A stretch of 64,000 bases of DNA. Source: Gammaproteobacteria bacterium (GTDB lineage: Bacteria > Pseudomonadota > Gammaproteobacteria > UBA4575). This document shows, one piece after another, positions 59,310-64,000 of this stretch (positions within the stretch are counted from its first letter, which is position 1; every line of letters begins with the position of its first letter). Made by a program: the position numbers and the translations under genes. Location: positions 352,001-416,000 of the forward strand of contig CBDCTA010000022.1 in the NCBI GenBank assembly GCA_965221955.1, in the 5' to 3' direction. The notes under the pieces were generated by a model. The model made no database searches, was not told the origin of the DNA, and worked only from the letters and a program-made list of their open reading frames with translations.

Positions 59310-60905
59310 CTAATCTTTATTGCTAATTTCGCTCTTTTTTATACGATTTTTGATGGTCGATGAAAGTTGTTCGATATTAATTTCTTTTTCAGTATTTACA
59401 ACGAGAAGCTGGGACTTTTCTTGTTTCTCGAAAGGGCGATGCCGCTCAATTTGATAATGTAATACTTTTAAATCTGCTTCGGAGGGTTCGAGTTTATTCT
59501 TAGCTCTTAAAGTGATGCGATTCTTTAAAGTATTTTCAGAAGCCTGAAAATCTAAAATTATAAACGTTACCTTCAGTTCTTTTGCAATTGCAAAAAAATC
59601 CTGTCTCGATTGATGATGTAAAAAACATGCATCTACGATAACGGTGAATCCTGCACTTATGATATGTTTTGCCAGCTCAGCAAGTCTCGCATAAGTTTGC
59701 TTGGAAGACTGTGACGAATAAATTCCAGTATTTATATTTGACTGTGTTTTCGCGGATGATGCATATCCATGCAGTCTTTTTCGTTCTACATCCGAACGAA
59801 TTCGTATTGCGCCTAATGCTTCTAACAACGGCTCAGTATGAGTAGATTTTCCAGACCCCGAAAATCCATGTGTAATGATCAATGCAATTTTTTTAGTTGA
59901 GATATATTCAGATGCTAGCCCTAAATAAGAATTAAAATCTTGTTGTGTTGTTTTTTTCTTAGTAGCTGAGAGATTTTTTTGGGCTAAGCGTAGCAATGAG
60001 ACTTTAGCTCTTACCATGGCTCGGTATACTAAATAATACTTTAATATGGCTAATCCTTGATAATCGCCTGTTAGTTGTAAGTATAAATTTATTAATCGAT
60101 TTGCATATTCAGGGTAGCCACGATCATTTAAATCCATCGTAGTAAAAGCAATTTCGCTAATTACATCAATCCAACGCAGATGCTCATTAAAATCAATGCC
60201 ATCAAAAATAGTAACTTTGTCTTCGATTAATACCATATTGCCAAGATGCATATCACCATGACATTCTCGAATAAAGTTATTTTTTCTTCTATATAGAAAC
60301 TCATCATATTTATTCAGATATTCAACTTCACTCCATTTTCTAATTTTTTCTAGTTCCGCAGTATTTTTATTATCAACAAGGTTGTTTTTTATTTGTGAAA
60401 AGTTGTCTATTATCCAGTGATGAATATCTTCTGGAGTACCGAGTTTAGCTTTAACAACTTCATCAGAAATTCGTAAGTGAAAATTTGCAATCTCGTTTGC
60501 CATCTCGTCGATATGTTTTAGCAATAATTGCCTATGTACAGCCAAATTACTTAACAGATAGGCTTGAGGAAACTGCAACATCTTGACAGCATATTCAATT
60601 ACACTTCCATCCTTGCTAAATGATGGCTGATCAATACTTCCAGTTATAGCTACAACTTCTAGATAAAGATTAGGGGCTAATCGCCTATTTAAACGCAACT
60701 CTTCTTCGCAAAATAATTTACGTTTATCCAGCGTTGAAAAATCAACAAAACTGTATTGAATTGGTTTTTTAATCTTGTATGCATACTGACCAGTAAGCAC
60801 GACCCAAGATATGTGTGTTTCTATGACTTCTATTTTGTTAACAGAATGTCCATATATATGAGGATTCTGAAGAGCATCGATTAACAGGTTTGAATTAATA
60901 TTCAC
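59310..60905 (-). CDS. Aminoglycoside-phosphotransferase-like / AAA_33 kinase fusion (Rv2004c-like)
   Basis: ETHISWV, YKIKKP, RECHGDMHLGN, GFSGSGKST, RSDVERKRL, SEAD. Confidence 0.88.
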   Translation of the reverse strand: MNINSNLLIDALQNPHIYGHSVNKIEVIETHISWVVLTGQYAYKIKKPIQYSFVDFSTLDKRKLFCEEELRLNRRLAPNLYLEVVAITGSIDQPSFSKDGSVIEYAVKMLQFPQAYLLSNLAVHRQLLLKHIDEMANEIANFHLRISDEVVKAKLGTPEDIHHWIIDNFSQIKNNLVDNKNTAELEKIRKWSEVEYLNKYDEFLYRRKNNFIRECHGDMHLGNMVLIEDKVTIFDGIDFNEHLRWIDVISEIAFTTMDLNDRGYPEYANRLINLYLQLTGDYQGLAILKYYLVYRAMVRAKVSLLRLAQKNLSATKKKTTQQDFNSYLGLASEYISTKKIALIITHGFSGSGKSTHTEPLLEALGAIRIRSDVERKRLHGYASSAKTQSNINTGIYSSQSSKQTYARLAELAKHIISAGFTVIVDACFLHHQSRQDFFAIAKELKVTFIILDFQASENTLKNRITLRAKNKLEPSEADLKVLHYQIERHRPFEKQEKSQLLVVNTEKEINIEQLSSTIKNRIKKSEISNKD

Positions 60906-60922
60906 AATAGTTTCATTAATAC

Positions 60923-63661
60923 TTATTCATTCAACAAGCATTCTTTTTTGGTCAGTAATTTATAAATTTCCATAACCACGAATATTGTTAAAGCAATACA
61001 TAATAAATAAAACCATTGTTTTAAAGCGACTGGTTGAATATGTAATACATCATTAAGACCTGGTATATACATTGCAAAGATATGAACCAATTGTGCGGTT
61101 ACAGTTCCAAAAAGTAATAATGGATTACCCAATGGGTTAAGCTGGAATACAGAACGCGTTTCAGAGCGACTATTAAAAACATGGATGTTTAAGAATAAAA
61201 CCATTAACAATAGAGTGAAGTTACGTGCCTCATCAATTGAGTAGCCTGCATTTATAGAATAACGAAATATTAGAAATGAAAGACCGCCAATTACGAGCGC
61301 TGAAATAAATACCCTTTCAAGCATAATTTTATTAAATATTTTTTCATCAGGTGGACGAGGAGGCTGGCCAAGCTCATCACCTTCTTCGGGTTCAAAAGCG
61401 AGTGCCATATCCTGAATACCATTCGTTACTAAGTTAAGCCACAGTAATTGCACGGCAAATAATGGAACAGGTAATCCTGTGAATAGCGCTAATGCAACGA
61501 GTACAATTTCAGCTGCGCCTGCCGATATTAAAAGAAATATCACTTTACGTATGTTTGCGTAAGCGATTCTTCCTTCTTCTATTCCAGCTACTATTGATGC
61601 AAAATTATCATCAGTAATAATCATATCTGATGTCTCTTTTACAATGTCACTCCCTTGTTTGCCCATTGCAACACCTACGTGTGCGGCACGTAGTGCTGGT
61701 GCGTCATTCGCACCATCTCCAGTAACAGCAACATAGTGACCATTTTGTTGCATGGAACGTACGATATCTAATTTCTGTTTTGGCTCTACTCTTGCAAAGA
61801 CATGTGCATGCTTGACTAATTCTTGTTGATCACGTTTAGATTGATGGGCAATTCTTTTTAGTTCTTCACCAGTTACAACTTGGCTGGGATTGCTTGCTAA
61901 ATTAAGTTCATGAGAAATTGCATAAGCAGTCTGAGGGTGGTCACCCGTAATCATGGTTACTTCAATTCCGGCTTTACGGCAGGCGTGAATGGCACCCTTA
62001 GCTTCGGCTCGTAGAGGATCAATCATTGCCACAAGTGCTAAAAAAGTAAGGTCCTTTAAATGACTAGGCAATATTCTTTTTTCACTACCCATTTCAATTT
62101 TGCCTGAAGCAATGGCTAATAATCTAAATCCAGATTTTGCTAAATGAGTAGCTTGTTGCTCATACCATGCTTGGTCAAATACTACATCACCATCTACAGT
62201 ATTCATGTGTGAGCACATTTGAGATAAATCTTCAAAAGCACCTTTTACAAATACAGTAGGTGTACTTTCTACAAGGTGGGCTGCAGCGGAATATCGATTC
62301 TCAGATTCATAAGGTAAGACAGCGATTTCGGGATAATCTTGCAATGCTTTAACTCGTGTCACTCCAAGTTTGAATGCCATTACTAGCATAGCAATATCTA
62401 CGGTATCACCATGATAAACCCAGTCATGGTTTTTCCTACCTAAAAAACCTTCATTTACTAAAACTGACGCAATGGCTAGGCTGGATAATAGTGTTTGTTG
62501 TTTATTTGTGCAGTCACTTCCATCTAAACAAACTGCATTCCCAAAAAGATCAGTGCCTTCTCCCGTTAAAGCAATTGGTAACTCATGAGGTAATATAATT
62601 TGAGCAGCTGTAATTTTGTTTACCGTCAGCGTTCCAGTTTTATCAGCAGCAATCATCGTACAAGAACCCAATGCCTCAACTGCCAATAAACGTCTTACTA
62701 TTACGTTACGTTTTGCCATCCGCCTAACTCCAATTGCCAAAGCGACTGTTAAGGCAACCGGTAAACCTTCTGGAATTGCAGCTACGGCCAGTGCAACTAC
62801 AACAAAAAATATCTCGCGCATTGCATGGCCTTGTAACAACATTGCTGCACCCATAAAAACTGTTGCAAAGCCAATCACTATTGCAATCTTAATAGTGAAC
62901 TGCTGCATGCGCGTAACAAGTGGAGGCTTAATGGCTTGGTCGTATATGACTGCTTCTGCAATATGTCCTAATTGAGTATTTGAACCCGTTGCGATGACAA
63001 TACCTTCTGCACGCCCTTTTAGAACTAAAGTGCCTTTGAAAGTCATATTTAATTGATCTGCTATAGCTGTGTTTTCCCTTAAGATTAATGCAGATTTTTT
63101 TTCTACCGGCGTAGATTCTCCTGTTAATAATGATTCATCAATTTGTAAATCATGTTCATTCAGCAGCCTTATATCTGCCGGAACTTTATCTCCCGACTGT
63201 AGTAAAACTAAATCTCCTGGCACAAGTTGATCAGCATTGATTTCAAGTGCTTCACCTGCACGGATAACATGTGCAAATTCAGTAATAAATTCTCGTAAAC
63301 TTATTGCACTGCGTTCGGCACCATATTCTTGCGCCGTGCCAATTACTGCATTAATTAATAGAATTGCAAAAATAAAAACGGTATCACTTAATTCGCCAAG
63401 TAATAAGGAAATTGCTGCAGCAGCGAGTAATATATAAATAAATGGATCTAAAAATTGCCGAAAAAATATAAGAATAAGGTTGATATTTGAAGTCTGAGGT
63501 AGCGTATTTAATCCATATTCAGCTAGACGAGAGCTTGCCTCATCTTGCTTTATACCTTCATGTGAAGAGCTATACTCTCTTAACACTTCTTCTGTGCTAA
63601 GTGAGCATGGCTGCTTATTGGCATTTTGATTATCGAATTGATTGGGCGGTGAGGAATTCAC
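60923..63661 (-). CDS. P-type cation-transporting ATPase (type II, CtpF/PacL-like)
   Basis: TGES, AIPEGLP, DKTGTLT, KGAFE, MITGDH, TGDGANDAPAL. Confidence 0.93.
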   Translation of the reverse strand: MNSSPPNQFDNQNANKQPCSLSTEEVLREYSSSHEGIKQDEASSRLAEYGLNTLPQTSNINLILIFFRQFLDPFIYILLAAAAISLLLGELSDTVFIFAILLINAVIGTAQEYGAERSAISLREFITEFAHVIRAGEALEINADQLVPGDLVLLQSGDKVPADIRLLNEHDLQIDESLLTGESTPVEKKSALILRENTAIADQLNMTFKGTLVLKGRAEGIVIATGSNTQLGHIAEAVIYDQAIKPPLVTRMQQFTIKIAIVIGFATVFMGAAMLLQGHAMREIFFVVVALAVAAIPEGLPVALTVALAIGVRRMAKRNVIVRRLLAVEALGSCTMIAADKTGTLTVNKITAAQIILPHELPIALTGEGTDLFGNAVCLDGSDCTNKQQTLLSSLAIASVLVNEGFLGRKNHDWVYHGDTVDIAMLVMAFKLGVTRVKALQDYPEIAVLPYESENRYSAAAHLVESTPTVFVKGAFEDLSQMCSHMNTVDGDVVFDQAWYEQQATHLAKSGFRLLAIASGKIEMGSEKRILPSHLKDLTFLALVAMIDPLRAEAKGAIHACRKAGIEVTMITGDHPQTAYAISHELNLASNPSQVVTGEELKRIAHQSKRDQQELVKHAHVFARVEPKQKLDIVRSMQQNGHYVAVTGDGANDAPALRAAHVGVAMGKQGSDIVKETSDMIITDDNFASIVAGIEEGRIAYANIRKVIFLLISAGAAEIVLVALALFTGLPVPLFAVQLLWLNLVTNGIQDMALAFEPEEGDELGQPPRPPDEKIFNKIMLERVFISALVIGGLSFLIFRYSINAGYSIDEARNFTLLLMVLFLNIHVFNSRSETRSVFQLNPLGNPLLLFGTVTAQLVHIFAMYIPGLNDVLHIQPVALKQWFYLLCIALTIFVVMEIYKLLTKKECLLNE

Positions 63662-63793
63662 ATTTATTTATTAGTAGTTTAGCTATATCAAACTCGCGTT
63701 TATTTTTGTTGCCTAAACAGCACATTCCTGATTAAAGGAGTTAATGGATAAACATCAGTTGAATAAAGATAACTGCTGATTCCTAAACATATG

Positions 63794-63807
63794 TTGAGTT
63801 AAATCAA
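63794..63807. promoter_or_regulatory. FNR/FixK box (9/10)
   Basis: TTGAGTTAAATCAA between divergent P-type ATPase and GNAT genes. Confidence 0.7.
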
Positions 63808-63878
63808 TACTCCATGGGCAGATTTATCGACAATTAGGCTATTAATGGGTTAGTCCTATAGTCATGGGAGGCTTAGCT

Positions 63879-64000
63879 ATGCAAACTGCTACAAAACTTC
63901 AGCATGTAGAAGAGATTGATGGCCAACAGGTCATCATTCGTCCCGTAACGCTTGATGATGCTGAAATGGAGCGAGACTTTATAGAAGAGTTATCGCCTTT
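63879..64000 (+). CDS. GNAT-family acetyltransferase, 3'-truncated by window edge
   Basis: MQTATKLQHVEEIDGQQVIIRPVTLDDAEMERDFIEELSP; RBS GGAGG; resembles the start of Pat-type GNAT domains. Confidence 0.65.
   Translation, partial: MQTATKLQHVEEIDGQQVIIRPVTLDDAEMERDFIEELSP

Noticed and set aside
478-63437. Many short antisense or off-frame ORFs in the track (e.g. 5335-5916, 14437-14739, 31474-31824, 42906-43313, 62616-62975)
   Set aside because: They lie inside well-supported genes, lack motifs and RBS, and look like shadow frames
1-64000. CRISPR array, tRNA/rRNA, IS or prophage, and island boundary repeats
   Set aside because: No regularly spaced repeats, RNA gene signatures, transposase, integrase or att-like repeats seen

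Overview
AT-rich (by eye ~35-40% GC) gammaproteobacterial chromosome segment, ~65 protein genes; I saw no rRNA, tRNA, CRISPR array, transposase or integrase. 1-33 kb is mostly core metabolism: trkH, pip, dtd, hisBHAFE-tatABC-gpmI, a porin, an ExeA-like ATPase/TPR gene, metY, a TlpA-DUF4266-DUF3570-ApbE flavinylation cluster, aceE-aceF-ald, a YeiH-type sulfite/sulfate exporter cluster, PhoX and a PEP-CTERM protein. 34-64 kb is a low-oxygen response locus: heme-PAS FixL/FixJ, a divergent four-cysteine FNR, a FixT-like pseudo-receiver, and about ten intergenic FNR boxes (five perfect TTGAT-N4-ATCAA). These sit in front of three paralogous c-type cytochromes, USPs, Hsp20, MgtC/CHAD, cardiolipin synthase, a formate/nitrite channel and a P-type ATPase. 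Inside this locus is the best candidate for an undescribed system: a SqrR/BigR-type persulfide sensor divergent from DsrE2 - FadL-like barrel - TusA - exported SCP2-like protein, which reads as a route for importing hydrophobic (zero-valent or organic) sulfur. Two or three small membrane ORFs missing from the ORF track were also found. All family calls come from motif recognition by eye, not database searches.
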